From a virus: a DNA stretch of 64,000 bases. The translations under genes were made by a program, and so were the position numbers. Under the pieces are notes generated by a model. The model did not search any database and was not told the origin of the DNA. It saw only the letters and a list, made by a program, of their open reading frames with translations. The stretch covers positions 96,001-160,000 of the IMG/VR virus record IMGVR_UViG_3300045974_000283, one strand, 5' to 3'. Below, piece after piece: positions 29,151 through 38,938 of the stretch (positions within the stretch are counted from its first letter, which is position 1; each line of letters opens with the position of its first letter).

Positions 29151-29432
29151 ATGGCGAAGCGACCGTTCATCAAGCGGTCGGCTTCCGGGGTTTCACGCAT
29201 CACCCGCGACGAGTACGGGCCTGAATGGCGCTCCACTACCAAAGCGGTCGCCACTCGTGAGGGTCATTCGTGCTTTGACTGCGGGACGAAGCGCCCGGAG
29301 GACGGCCCCTACGAGACCCACCACATCATTCCGCTGAGTCGCGGTGGAACAACTACCAAGGCCAATTTGATATACCTGTGCAAGCGGCACCACGACAAAC
29401 GTCATCCCGGTCACACAATCAGGCGGCGATAG
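29151..29432 (+). CDS. small HNH endonuclease (packaging-associated type)
   Basis: YGPEW...CFDCG...THHIIPLSRGG...NLIYLCKRHHDKRH; 93 aa. Confidence 0.9.
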   Translation: MAKRPFIKRSASGVSRITRDEYGPEWRSTTKAVATREGHSCFDCGTKRPEDGPYETHHIIPLSRGGTTTKANLIYLCKRHHDKRHPGHTIRRR

Positions 29433-29478
29433 CCTGTTAATGGGCTCGCCCGCTCTACCACTCACCAGGAACCCTCTC

Positions 29479-30192
29479 ATGGCCCTCGACGTTCTTTCCA
29501 CCACGCAAACCCAGAAGATCGACGACTCCGTTTCGCCGAGTGAAAATTTCTCCCACGTTGCCGACGAGTACCGTGTTGACTCTTCCACTGGCAACGTGAC
29601 CGCCGCCTCCGAAGGTGACGGCCAGGACGACGGTTTCAATCTCGGCGCTCCGGTCGATGACACTGCCCTGCTCCAGCTGATCAACGCTTGGCTGATGATC
29701 AACCCCGTGCCATCCGGCAATGAGGTCGTCTCGTTCATCATGTCCTTGGGCTTCGACTTCGAGCACGACTCGGAAGCCTTCAACAACATGATCGACATCG
29801 TGACTGACATGATCACGGGCGAAGGCCAGGACCTGTCAGACTCCGCACCTGAATCCGAATCGGATGACACTGCCTTTCCCATCTTCGATCCAGCAGACGG
29901 CCTCACTTTTGAGGACAGCGATTTCGGCGATGATGAAGACGAAGAAGACCTCGAACACGAGACTGACGGCGAGGGTTTCTTTATTGAGTCCGCTGCCGAC
30001 GACACGAACACCCCGGAACCCCGGGACACCGACACCACTGAAGACAACCCCTCACTCGAACTCGGCGCCGCCGAGCCAGACGCTCTGGCAGACGGCCTGA
30101 ACAACGACGGCACCACGGTCACGGGCGAAGACCCCGAAGCCGAAGCCCTCCGCAACGACGGCAAGCCTGTCCAGGACGCCGATCAATCCTGA
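29479..30192 (+). CDS. highly acidic hypothetical protein (scaffold-like)
   Basis: ATG 29479 with RBS CAGGA and GTTAAT 38 bp upstream; D/E-rich. Confidence 0.8.
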   Translation: MALDVLSTTQTQKIDDSVSPSENFSHVADEYRVDSSTGNVTAASEGDGQDDGFNLGAPVDDTALLQLINAWLMINPVPSGNEVVSFIMSLGFDFEHDSEAFNNMIDIVTDMITGEGQDLSDSAPESESDDTAFPIFDPADGLTFEDSDFGDDEDEEDLEHETDGEGFFIESAADDTNTPEPRDTDTTEDNPSLELGAAEPDALADGLNNDGTTVTGEDPEAEALRNDGKPVQDADQS

Positions 30193-30217
30193 TCCCTTTC
30201 TTTCCCAAGGAACCACC

Positions 30218-31045
30218 ATGTTTGCAACGATTCACGAACACTCGCCCGTCAGCCCCCGTCTGGCTCTCGTCACTGCCTCCTTCGTGGGTGGTGACGTTTC
30301 TCGTCAAGACGAAATGCTCGACGCCATCACTGCTTCCCTCGGCGGCTCTGCTGTCGCGGTGCGCGGAAGCTGGTCTTGGGTTGACCCTGAGCACAAAGAG
30401 ACCGCCATCGGCTTCGTCTCCTCGGCTCGCCAGACCGTGGTGATCGAAGGCCAAGAGCCCGACCCCTCCAAGTTCCACCGCGTCCAAGCCAATGTCTACG
30501 TTGACAAGGGCGACGAAACCGTCTGGAACATGGCCGAAGGCGCTGGCGGCAAGTACCTCACGCGCTCGGGTCAAGACGACCTGCGCTCCGTGCTGGAAGC
30601 CGCCCGTCACAGCCCGACGGGTTCGACCCCGCGTCTGGCTCGCATCAACCGCGCGAACGCTACCGTTCACGACGTCGTTGGCTTTGTGGCTGAAGGCCGC
30701 AACGTGGCCGAGATGGACTACGGCGTCGTCGTGGAAGTTGGCAATGGCGCGCTGATGGTCATGTCCACGCTGCAAGACGGCGCTTTGGTCACCGTGCCGG
30801 AAACCCATGTGGCTTCGGTCATGGAACTCACGCCCGAAGGTCGTCCGCAAGTCAGCGCCTCGGCTGTCACGCGCATCAAGGCCTCGCGCGTCACCGCTGC
30901 CGACGGCATGAACGACACCTCGTTTGATCGCAGTATGAACCCGGCTGGTCCGCTCACGCCCCAGGAATACTGGAAGCTGGCCTATCGCGACCAGAACTAC
31001 ATCAACATGATCCTCAAGCAAGTGGCGGAAGTCGCTGCTCTGTAA
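30218..31045 (+). CDS. hypothetical, probably abundant virion/head protein
   Basis: RBS AAGGA, strong codon bias, followed by a terminator. Confidence 0.85.
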   Translation: MFATIHEHSPVSPRLALVTASFVGGDVSRQDEMLDAITASLGGSAVAVRGSWSWVDPEHKETAIGFVSSARQTVVIEGQEPDPSKFHRVQANVYVDKGDETVWNMAEGAGGKYLTRSGQDDLRSVLEAARHSPTGSTPRLARINRANATVHDVVGFVAEGRNVAEMDYGVVVEVGNGALMVMSTLQDGALVTVPETHVASVMELTPEGRPQVSASAVTRIKASRVTAADGMNDTSFDRSMNPAGPLTPQEYWKLAYRDQNYINMILKQVAEVAAL

Positions 31046-31066
31046 GGCGGTCGACATCGTCTCAAT

Positions 31067-31106
31067 ACGGGGACGCTGCCTAACGGTGGCGTCCCCGTTT
31101 TCGTTT
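31067..31106 (+). terminator. Rho-independent terminator
   Basis: ACGGGGACGC-loop-GCGTCCCCGT followed by TTTCGTTT. Confidence 0.85.
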
Positions 31107-31117
31107 CTGGGAACATC

Positions 31118-31981
31118 ATGCTCAAAGCTCGCGGCTTCACCGTCATCCAACCCAAACAAACCAAGCCACCCCTCCCCAAGAACAAGCCTCGTGTGGCGGA
31201 TCCTGATGAGGACGACATCCCGCCTTGGGAGTCGTCCGCCAAGAAGCGCCCGCCCAAGCGCACCATGAGCGATGTCGTTCCCAAGCTGGCCGCGAAGAAA
31301 GCCTCTGAGCCCACTCAACGCAAAGCCCGCCGAGCTGACCCTGTCGAAGACCTTGACCCCGATCCACCCTCACGACAAGTCCGGCCGCAACGCACAGCTC
31401 CCATTGTTCTCGCAGATCAGAGTGCTCCCCGTAGGAATGCAGTCGCACCGCGTCCTAAGCCTGTCGTGGTCCCTGATGCTCAGTTCGACCAGGAGAGCGT
31501 GAAGGCCCTAAAGTCGCGCTTCGGCAACAAGGCCCAGACCATTCTGGACATGCTGGATTCCGACGAGGAAACGGATGGCGCCGTGTCCCTGCTAAGCCGC
31601 TCGCTCGTGCAAACCCTCGTCGGCGTTCTGCCTATGGCGGAGAGCAACGTGCGCGAGTCCCGTGGTGCCAAGGGCATCTATCAGCTCAACCAACTCGTTT
31701 CGGGTATCCGCGAGATGATGGTGGACCTGCAAGCGCTGCGTGACAAGGGCAACCTCGGCCGCTCCGTCGTTGACCGTCATGTGCGCCCAGCCTACATGGA
31801 CATGAGCGTTCAGGTCATGCAGTCGTTCACTCTAATCGAGTCCTTTGCACAATCGCGGATGAAGAGCGCCGATTACAGGGAATTCCGGGCTCATGTGGAC
31901 GAAGTGAAGAAGAACCTCGCTGGATATCTCACAGCTCAATACGCAGACCTTCGAGAGGGTGTTGCGAGCTCGCTGACATGA
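31118..31981 (+). CDS. hypothetical protein (disordered N-terminus, helical C-terminus; small-terminase-like architecture possible)
   Basis: 287-aa ORF; function unproven. Confidence 0.75.
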   Translation: MLKARGFTVIQPKQTKPPLPKNKPRVADPDEDDIPPWESSAKKRPPKRTMSDVVPKLAAKKASEPTQRKARRADPVEDLDPDPPSRQVRPQRTAPIVLADQSAPRRNAVAPRPKPVVVPDAQFDQESVKALKSRFGNKAQTILDMLDSDEETDGAVSLLSRSLVQTLVGVLPMAESNVRESRGAKGIYQLNQLVSGIREMMVDLQALRDKGNLGRSVVDRHVRPAYMDMSVQVMQSFTLIESFAQSRMKSADYREFRAHVDEVKKNLAGYLTAQYADLREGVASSLT

Positions 31982-32062
31982 CCAGCCTGTAAATGCGCCC
32001 CTACCCCATTTTTATGCCCAAAGCCCCCTGCCGATAAACGACCGTCTCATCCGCGAGGAGAT

Positions 32063-32758
32063 ATGAGTGACTTCCAACATCTGACGCATCTAGGCATTGA
32101 TACGAGTGTCATGCCAACTCACCTGTCTCTGCCCAAGGCGTTCAACCAAGACGCTCATCATCTCTGGGTCGATGCTTACAACTCCGATCTGGTCCAGCGC
32201 GGCATCGAGGAGAAGGTCAAGTCGCCTGCTCTGTGGCAGAAGCTCGTTCGCCAGTTCCTATCCCGCTGCGAAGAAGCCGACACGTTCCCGTACACAGGAC
32301 GCGCCGATGTCAACGACTCCTCTAAAGCGGCGCTACAAGCTGCCCGCAAGAGCCTCGTTGACTTCTTCCACAGCATGGGCATCTTCGAGCGCATCAAGAT
32401 CCGCTCTGTGGAACGCACGGTGCGCTTCACCAGCGACAGCTTCGTGCTGGAGGCCGTTGCCTACCTTCGAGAGATCGAAGACCCCACCTTTCAAGAGTGG
32501 ATGCGGCGTCAACCAAATCCTGGCTTCCAGTCCGGTCAAGGCTGCATCCGCCGCCCGCTTGGCAAGGGCACCACGGTGGAGTTCTGCGAAGACCGCAAGC
32601 GAGGCCCCCGCCTGACCTACCGCATCCAGGGTATCTCGCCGATCCGACTCAGTGATCCGCGATACTCCCGCAACAAGCTGCAGAATCACGTCCTTGATTC
32701 GATGTGGAAACCCCTCATCGAAGCTTATCCCATCCGTTCGATCCACCATTCCTATTGA
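32063..32758 (+). CDS. hypothetical protein
   Basis: RBS GAGGAG; CCTGTAAATG motif variant about 70 bp upstream. Confidence 0.8.
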   Translation: MSDFQHLTHLGIDTSVMPTHLSLPKAFNQDAHHLWVDAYNSDLVQRGIEEKVKSPALWQKLVRQFLSRCEEADTFPYTGRADVNDSSKAALQAARKSLVDFFHSMGIFERIKIRSVERTVRFTSDSFVLEAVAYLREIEDPTFQEWMRRQPNPGFQSGQGCIRRPLGKGTTVEFCEDRKRGPRLTYRIQGISPIRLSDPRYSRNKLQNHVLDSMWKPLIEAYPIRSIHHSY

Positions 32759-32769
32759 CTGGAACCCAC

Positions 32770-35700
32770 ATGACCTTCTCGCACACCTTTCACATGCGTC
32801 GCCCGGCTCCCGCCGCGCCGCGAGTTCCTCTGCGGAGCTCGGCGCTTTCGCAGCGCGCTGCCAAGCTGGTGACCGCCCGCTCGGCCTTCTCGGATGAGGA
32901 ACTTCGCCCGGTCTCGAACCTGAAGATTACCCACAAGTTCCCGGCCGGTGAAGACCGTTCGGGTGCCATGAAGTTTTATCGTGGTGCCATCAAGTACGGC
33001 AAGAAGAACATCAACCACGCCCTGTGGACGCAAGCTGGATGCTGCGTGATGTTCGGTGGCGTTCAGTGGGCTCGCCCCAATGAACCGCAGATGAAGAAGA
33101 AACAGTTTCGCTACTTGATCGTCGGCGAAGAGGCAATCATCGACTCCGCCGCTCCTGGTCTGGTGTCCGTAAAGATGGAGACCGACGGTGCTCTGGTGAA
33201 GATGCCTGCGGCCACGTTCCCCAAGTCGCATGCGCAGATGGCTCAGTTCCTTCCGACCTTCACGGCTGCGGAAGACCCGATGCGGAACATCCCGTTCACC
33301 GAGAACTTGATCACTGACGGTCAGTTCATTCCTGCCAAGCAACTCCTGGCTCTCGCCAAGGGCTCGCTGGCCGAAGCGGCCTGCCGCGAGCTGGCTGACA
33401 TCCCTGACGCTGGCATCGAGTTCCGCAGCGATGGCGCGGACTGGAATCTTCTGGTCGTGCTGAAGTTCACCCGCGCTCAAGTGTCGGCGATGACGCAGAC
33501 CGACTGGCTGATGGTGCGCCCGGTTGACTTCTTCAACATGATGCACGAGTGGGCCAACACGCGGATGAACCGCTACGGCAAGGCGCTCGCTCTCTTCTCG
33601 ATGCCGCTGTCCCGCATCGCCAAGACCCTGCCTGAGAACGGCGATCCCCGCGTCTCGGAAGACTTGGGCATCATGATCGACGAGAAGGCCGACTACTGGT
33701 TCCTGCCGAAGAAGGCCAACAACATCACTCGTTACGAGTCAGAACATCTGGGTCAGATCAGCCGCCCCGACGGTTCGTTCTCGCTTATGCCGCTGGCCTC
33801 CGAGGGAGACGTTCGTCCGACCCAGCCTCAGTCGGGCCTCGTGCTGTGCGACTGGACCAACTACAAGATGTCCTACGTCAACGGCGAGGGACGGTTGGAG
33901 ATCAAGAACACCGATCGCTGCATCGCCGCGCTTCCGCAGCATTACCTGCGAGTGCTGAACTTCCGGCTCTCGTCCGATTTTGCGATGAACGTCTGGACTC
34001 AGTCCCTGCTGATCGCTCAGAAAGTGCTGAACAAGACGTACTCGGGTCAGGCTTACGACTTGTCGTTCAAGTTCATCGTGAGCGCCATCCTGAGCGAGAT
34101 CACTTCCGATCCGGAAAACGAGGGTGGGCAACACAGCGTCGAAGACCTGAGGATCCAAGACCTCTACGTCTACAAGGACCGCATCCCCGTGCTCCAGTAC
34201 TTCTGGGAAGCCATCGAAGAGATCTGCGTCTACTCGCAAACCTCGATCGAGAACCTCTACTCGAAGTACGCCTTCACCACGATCAGCCAACTGGTTGCCA
34301 CCCTTCAGATTCTGACCAAGATCGCCCCGAAGCGAGCCGAACTCATGGCCGCCGACCGCGAGCGCCAAAAGGCTTATCAGGACCGCTCTGTCGATCCCAA
34401 CTACAACATCGGTGAGCTCCCGCTGATCTCGACCGATCCGGCTGGTCGTGCAATGATGCCCCACCAGACTCGGGTTGCCTCGCGTCTGCGCAACTCCCCA
34501 CCGTTCGCGATGATCGCCGTGGACGCGGGTGGCGGCAAGACCATCTCGATCATCTCGGACTTCCTGAAAGAGTTCCGCGATGGCACCGTCAAGCGCGGTC
34601 TCATCATGTGCCCGCCGCACCTCGTTGCTCAGTACGTCAAGGAGTTCCTGTACCTGACGGACAGCAAGGTCAACGTCATCGCGATCAACACGTTCACCAT
34701 CAAGACGCACGGCATCGAAGGTCTGCGCAAGCTCCTGCTGACGGCCCCTCCCAACAGCGTGGTCGTCACCGACTATGACCTTGCCAACTCGCGTGACAAG
34801 GTCATGAAGGTCTGCTACGGCACCCAGTCCTCGGGCGTCTACTACCTCGTGGACATGCTGCGCCAGTTCCGCTTCGACTACGTCGCGTTCGACGAAGCGC
34901 ACTACCTGAAGAAGTCTGGCGCCGAACGCACTCGCTCAGTCGCTCGCTTGACGGTCGACATCCCCATCAAGCGTCTGGCTTCAGGTACGATGACGCCGAA
35001 CTCGCCGATGGACATCGCCGGTCTGGCTGGTCTGTGCGATCCGACCATTTTCCCGGTGGACGACTTCGAGAAGACCTACAAGAAGGAGACGCTGCGCAAG
35101 GGTCGCAAGGTCATGCTGTATGACACCGCTGCCATTCGCGCCCGGCTGGAACAGGACATCGCCTTCGTGCAGATCAAGCGCAAGGAGTGGGCCGCATGGC
35201 TTCCGCAGCTCGTCGAGAAGGCTCACGCGGTTACGCTGTCTCCGGCTCAACAAGCTGTCTACGACACCGTGCTCCACCAAGTCATGGAGGAGATCCAGGC
35301 CAAGCTCGCCAGCGGCAACAACACCGCCCTGAACGATCTGCTGCTCGGTGTCAAGAAGGGTGAAGACGACGAGGATGACGGCGCTCCGGCTGGCAAGAAG
35401 GAAGACGACGATGACTCGTCTCCCGACGACGGCGTGGACATCGACTCGCTACTCAACCCGATGCTTTTCCGCCTGGAATCGTTCTCGTCGAACCCGGCCG
35501 GTGACGTGTACGGCGGAACCATACTGACGGGTGACGACCGCTTCTCGCCGAAGGTGGGCAAGATGGTGGATATCATCCGCGACCACCTCGACGCGGGTAC
35601 TCCTGGCAAGGTTCTGGTGTTCTGCAACTACAACCAGGAGGTTGACGGCATCATGGAAGCCCTCCCTGAGGACATCCGTGCCATGACGGTTCACTACTTT

Positions 35701-37350
35701 GCCTCAGACAAAGAAGCCTGCGCTGCTGAGTTCGAAAGCAATCCGAACAAGATGGTCATGATCGGCATCGAAGTTTCGATGAACACGGGCTTGAACCTCC
35801 AGTTCTGCTCGCGTCTGATCCGTATGTCTACCGTGTGGACCCCCGGCGCGCTGGAACAGGGCAACGCACGGGTTCAGCGTCCGAACCTGAAGTCGGCCGA
35901 GAACCGCGCGAACGTGTTCATCGACTGGGTCGTCTGCGACCGCACGATCGACGTCACCAAGCAAGCCTACCTGCTCACCAAGGTGATGCACATCGGCAAG
36001 TTCGACGAAGCGACCAACCCACTGTTCGCGAGTGTCAACCCGCCGCCTCTGAACAAGATGTCTCTGGCAAACATCGCCAGCTCCAACACGGCAACAGCGG
36101 TGGACGTTCAAGACGTCTATGAGACTTACGGCGAGTTCAAGCAGGCTCAGTTCGAGGACTATCGGCAGTTCCGTGAAAAGAACAAAGCAGACGCCGGTCC
36201 TGATGGTCGCCCGCAGATGCAGCGTCTGATTCCGGGTCCCAACCCGGAAGGCTCGAAGCTGATGTACCGCATCCCCTACGTCCCCGGCCTTGACCTGTTC
36301 AAGACGGAAGACTTGGGCCTCAAGCGGTATGACCATCTGCTGCGCTTGAACGAAGCCGAGCTGGCTGACGACGGTGACGATGCTGACGACGAGAAGGACG
36401 ATTCGGCTACGCTGACTGAGAACCAGAAGATGCGTGGCATGGGCGTTCACACCGAGTTCGGCGAGGGCATCATCGTCCGCGTCAACAAGAAGAAGCTCCG
36501 TGTTCAACTGACGAACGGCAGCGTCGTCACGGTTCGCAAGCTGGCAGCGTTCGTCATCACGCGCAAGCAGACCAACGCCATCGACATGCGAGCTGCGATT
36601 CTGAACCAGATCGAAGGCATCCCCAACGACGCCCCGGTCTCGGTTCCTGCTCAGGGTAAGCCAAAGGTCAAGAAGGAAGCTCCGAAGGCTGAAGAGCCCA
36701 AGGCCCGCACGGCTGCTTCGATCAAGTTCGCGCTGGAGATCGTGGTCGTCAACGACTTCTTGGGTGTTCAGTTCAAGAATGCCATCAAGAACTCGGACGC
36801 GGCTGAGTATCTGGAAGGCCGGAAGTTCGGCGCTCCTCCTGAGTTCTTCTACGCTGCAATGAAGACGCCTGACGTCATGCTCAAGCAATTCACCAAGTGG
36901 AAAGACGCGGGCTTCTCGGTGGACAAGGCTTTCAGCACTTCCTGCCATGACCTCTACGAGAACTTCATCAAACGCAAAGCTTCCCTCGGCCACATGGTCG
37001 GTCTGGCCACGAAGGCTGAGCTGACGAACTTCGTCACCATGAAGCTGAAGCCCCAGAACAGCAAGACGCTGCTCAAGCCTTATCCGATCGTGACTGAGGA
37101 AGAAGTTCTGTTGGCTCTGCCAGCGACGGGTCACCCGGCGTCTGTCGAAGCCATCACGAAGCGCGTTCCTGGCATGGTCTGGAAGAAGGCGGCTGCTGAC
37201 TCCATCCGTCAGCGGTTCTTCACGAGCCCTGACGAACTGGCTGACGTCATGCGCGGGTTCATCAACGACGGTGTCACCATCACCAACCTCGATGAGCTCC
37301 GCAAGAATTGGGCCGCTCTGATGACGCGTCGCAAGAAGATGAAGCTGTAA
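32770..37350 (+). CDS. large SNF2/Rad54-family SF2 ATPase (1526 aa)
   Basis: Q-motif MMPHQ, Walker A VDAGGGKT, ICPPHLV-like motif Ia (MCPPHLVAQY), DEAHYLK, SGTMTPN, GLNLQ, WTPGALEQGNARVQR. Confidence 0.9.
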   Translation: MTFSHTFHMRRPAPAAPRVPLRSSALSQRAAKLVTARSAFSDEELRPVSNLKITHKFPAGEDRSGAMKFYRGAIKYGKKNINHALWTQAGCCVMFGGVQWARPNEPQMKKKQFRYLIVGEEAIIDSAAPGLVSVKMETDGALVKMPAATFPKSHAQMAQFLPTFTAAEDPMRNIPFTENLITDGQFIPAKQLLALAKGSLAEAACRELADIPDAGIEFRSDGADWNLLVVLKFTRAQVSAMTQTDWLMVRPVDFFNMMHEWANTRMNRYGKALALFSMPLSRIAKTLPENGDPRVSEDLGIMIDEKADYWFLPKKANNITRYESEHLGQISRPDGSFSLMPLASEGDVRPTQPQSGLVLCDWTNYKMSYVNGEGRLEIKNTDRCIAALPQHYLRVLNFRLSSDFAMNVWTQSLLIAQKVLNKTYSGQAYDLSFKFIVSAILSEITSDPENEGGQHSVEDLRIQDLYVYKDRIPVLQYFWEAIEEICVYSQTSIENLYSKYAFTTISQLVATLQILTKIAPKRAELMAADRERQKAYQDRSVDPNYNIGELPLISTDPAGRAMMPHQTRVASRLRNSPPFAMIAVDAGGGKTISIISDFLKEFRDGTVKRGLIMCPPHLVAQYVKEFLYLTDSKVNVIAINTFTIKTHGIEGLRKLLLTAPPNSVVVTDYDLANSRDKVMKVCYGTQSSGVYYLVDMLRQFRFDYVAFDEAHYLKKSGAERTRSVARLTVDIPIKRLASGTMTPNSPMDIAGLAGLCDPTIFPVDDFEKTYKKETLRKGRKVMLYDTAAIRARLEQDIAFVQIKRKEWAAWLPQLVEKAHAVTLSPAQQAVYDTVLHQVMEEIQAKLASGNNTALNDLLLGVKKGEDDEDDGAPAGKKEDDDDSSPDDGVDIDSLLNPMLFRLESFSSNPAGDVYGGTILTGDDRFSPKVGKMVDIIRDHLDAGTPGKVLVFCNYNQEVDGIMEALPEDIRAMTVHYFASDKEACAAEFESNPNKMVMIGIEVSMNTGLNLQFCSRLIRMSTVWTPGALEQGNARVQRPNLKSAENRANVFIDWVVCDRTIDVTKQAYLLTKVMHIGKFDEATNPLFASVNPPPLNKMSLANIASSNTATAVDVQDVYETYGEFKQAQFEDYRQFREKNKADAGPDGRPQMQRLIPGPNPEGSKLMYRIPYVPGLDLFKTEDLGLKRYDHLLRLNEAELADDGDDADDEKDDSATLTENQKMRGMGVHTEFGEGIIVRVNKKKLRVQLTNGSVVTVRKLAAFVITRKQTNAIDMRAAILNQIEGIPNDAPVSVPAQGKPKVKKEAPKAEEPKARTAASIKFALEIVVVNDFLGVQFKNAIKNSDAAEYLEGRKFGAPPEFFYAAMKTPDVMLKQFTKWKDAGFSVDKAFSTSCHDLYENFIKRKASLGHMVGLATKAELTNFVTMKLKPQNSKTLLKPYPIVTEEEVLLALPATGHPASVEAITKRVPGMVWKKAAADSIRQRFFTSPDELADVMRGFINDGVTITNLDELRKNWAALMTRRKKMKL

Positions 37351-37355
37351 ACACA

Positions 37356-37378
37356 ACGGGGCGGATGATCCGCCCCGT
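37356..37378 (+). terminator. ACGGGGCGGA-TGA-TCCGCCCCGT hairpin
   Basis: 10-bp perfect stem after the SNF2 stop; weak U-tract. Confidence 0.6.
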
Positions 37379-37402
37379 CTCCACCAACTCAGGAGAACAC
37401 CC

Positions 37403-37783
37403 ATGTCTGATGAACAAGTTGAACTCAATCTCACCCAGAAGATCAAAGCGTTTCTGATTTCCACCGGAGCGGCGCAGACGCCCGGAACGGAACTCAGCGG
37501 TCACGAGGAAACGCACTTCTGCGCTCTCGTCGAACTGCGCACGGGAACCCCTGCGCACATCGTGCGCGACAACGTGGCGATCATCGAAGGCTTCATCAAC
37601 TCCGGCATCGGAGCTGCGGACCCCGTCGAAGCGCCTGCGGTGGAAGCCGTGGTCGAAGAGCCGAAAGCTGCGACCACGCCGCCTGAGCCTCCCAAAGAAC
37701 CCGTGGTTGACCCGGTCGCCGGCCCCGTTGTTGACCCCGTCGCTGGCACCCCTGTCGCCAGCTCCGAAGGAGCAGCAGAATGA
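37403..37783 (+). CDS. hypothetical protein, Pro/Val-rich tail
   Basis: RBS CAGGAG. Confidence 0.8.
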   Translation: MSDEQVELNLTQKIKAFLISTGAAQTPGTELSGHEETHFCALVELRTGTPAHIVRDNVAIIEGFINSGIGAADPVEAPAVEAVVEEPKAATTPPEPPKEPVVDPVAGPVVDPVAGTPVASSEGAAE

Positions 37784-38127
37784 CCATCTTCGCTGCGAAG
37801 CATCGGCCCGCGAAAGGCCCGTTCGTTGCGTCGATCATCAAGAACGGGACCAACGACGAGTTCGCTTACATGAGCGTCGCTGGTCTGGCCCGTCCCGGTG
37901 CCACCAACTACGGCTATCGCTTTCAGGCCAAGGGCTCCTCGGTCGAGGTCGCTTTCACGCTCGACGATCCGATCAAGGCTACGAACCCGGCTTCTCAAGG
38001 CTCGGTGGCTTGGGAAGTAGTGTCGACAGTGGCACCCGGCACCTCAGTTCAGGTGGACTCCACTTCCGGCACCGCCTTCCGGTTCAAGTTTGTGGACCCC
38101 GGCTCCATCACGGTCTCGTCGCTGTGA
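37780..38127 (+). CDS. hypothetical beta-rich protein (possible virion accessory)
   Basis: ATGA overlap; RBS GAAGGAG. Confidence 0.8.
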   Translation: MTIFAAKHRPAKGPFVASIIKNGTNDEFAYMSVAGLARPGATNYGYRFQAKGSSVEVAFTLDDPIKATNPASQGSVAWEVVSTVAPGTSVQVDSTSGTAFRFKFVDPGSITVSSL

Positions 38128-38180
38128 TCGGCCAACTGGCTCACGGTTAATGGGTTCATGCCAACACTGGATTCCATACC

Positions 38181-38684
38181 GTGAGCCACCTTCTGATCTA
38201 CCTCGCCCGCCTGCAAGACGCTGGATACCAAGAGCTCAACCTCAGGCTCGGAGTTCGCAAAGACCGCACCCGGACCATGACGGTCATCACGCCTCCTTCG
38301 GTCTTCAACGTGTTCTCGAAACCGAACGTGGCCCCGTCCACCCCTCGCGTCTTCAACCTTGATGGCGAGGACCCGGTCCTTCGCGCAGTGACCGATGACC
38401 TCCTGTACGATTCGGACGACCTGCCTATCACGCCAGAGGCAGTCGCTCTCGCCATCAAGGACCATCCGCATCTGAAGATCGACATCGAGGAGTTCGCGGC
38501 CGACGCCAACAAAGCGCTTGAGGCGATGAAGGCAGACCCCAATCCTGACGACGACCCTCCGACCGCTGAGATGGAAGCAAGTGTCGCCCGTCTCACCGAG
38601 CGCGTCAAGTACATGATGAAGGGCATGGACATGGCGTCCAAGCCGGTGTTCGTTCGATCCAAACCAAAGGGCAAACCTCTGTGA
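38181..38684 (+). CDS. hypothetical protein
   Basis: GTG start 30 bp after a GTTAAT motif; overlaps the next start. Confidence 0.7.
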   Translation: MSHLLIYLARLQDAGYQELNLRLGVRKDRTRTMTVITPPSVFNVFSKPNVAPSTPRVFNLDGEDPVLRAVTDDLLYDSDDLPITPEAVALAIKDHPHLKIDIEEFAADANKALEAMKADPNPDDDPPTAEMEASVARLTERVKYMMKGMDMASKPVFVRSKPKGKPL

Positions 38685-38938
38685 ACGCTGATCCTTTTGA
38701 TACTGCTCAAGAGCAGGAAGCCGCCTTTACCCAAGAAGCCATGTGGAGGGCTTCCAAGGCAGCGGAAGCCCCCAAACGATTACCCAAGACCCCCGGCCTG
38801 TGTGACTTCTGCGAAGAGTCCACGCCATCCGCACTTCACCTTTTCTGTTCCACTGACTGCCGAGACCAAGATGCCAAAGAATGCCGTATTCGATCCAGAC
38901 GGGGTCTCACGAGTCAACTTCAACATCAAGATCGATGA
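38681..38938 (+). CDS. TraR/DksA-like C4 zinc-finger protein
   Basis: N-terminal DxxDxA (DPFDTA) coiled-coil tip; CDFC...FCSTDC zinc finger; 85 aa. Confidence 0.6.
   Translation: MNADPFDTAQEQEAAFTQEAMWRASKAAEAPKRLPKTPGLCDFCEESTPSALHLFCSTDCRDQDAKECRIRSRRGLTSQLQHQDR

Noticed and set aside
29151-29432. Small HNH as a mobile homing endonuclease
   Set aside because: 93 aa with no DNA-binding extension; more consistent with a packaging-associated HNH.
16896-32758. Major capsid protein, portal or large terminase assignment
   Set aside because: No ORF showed recognisable motifs (e.g. terminase Walker A/B with RNase H domain); specific structural names are withheld.
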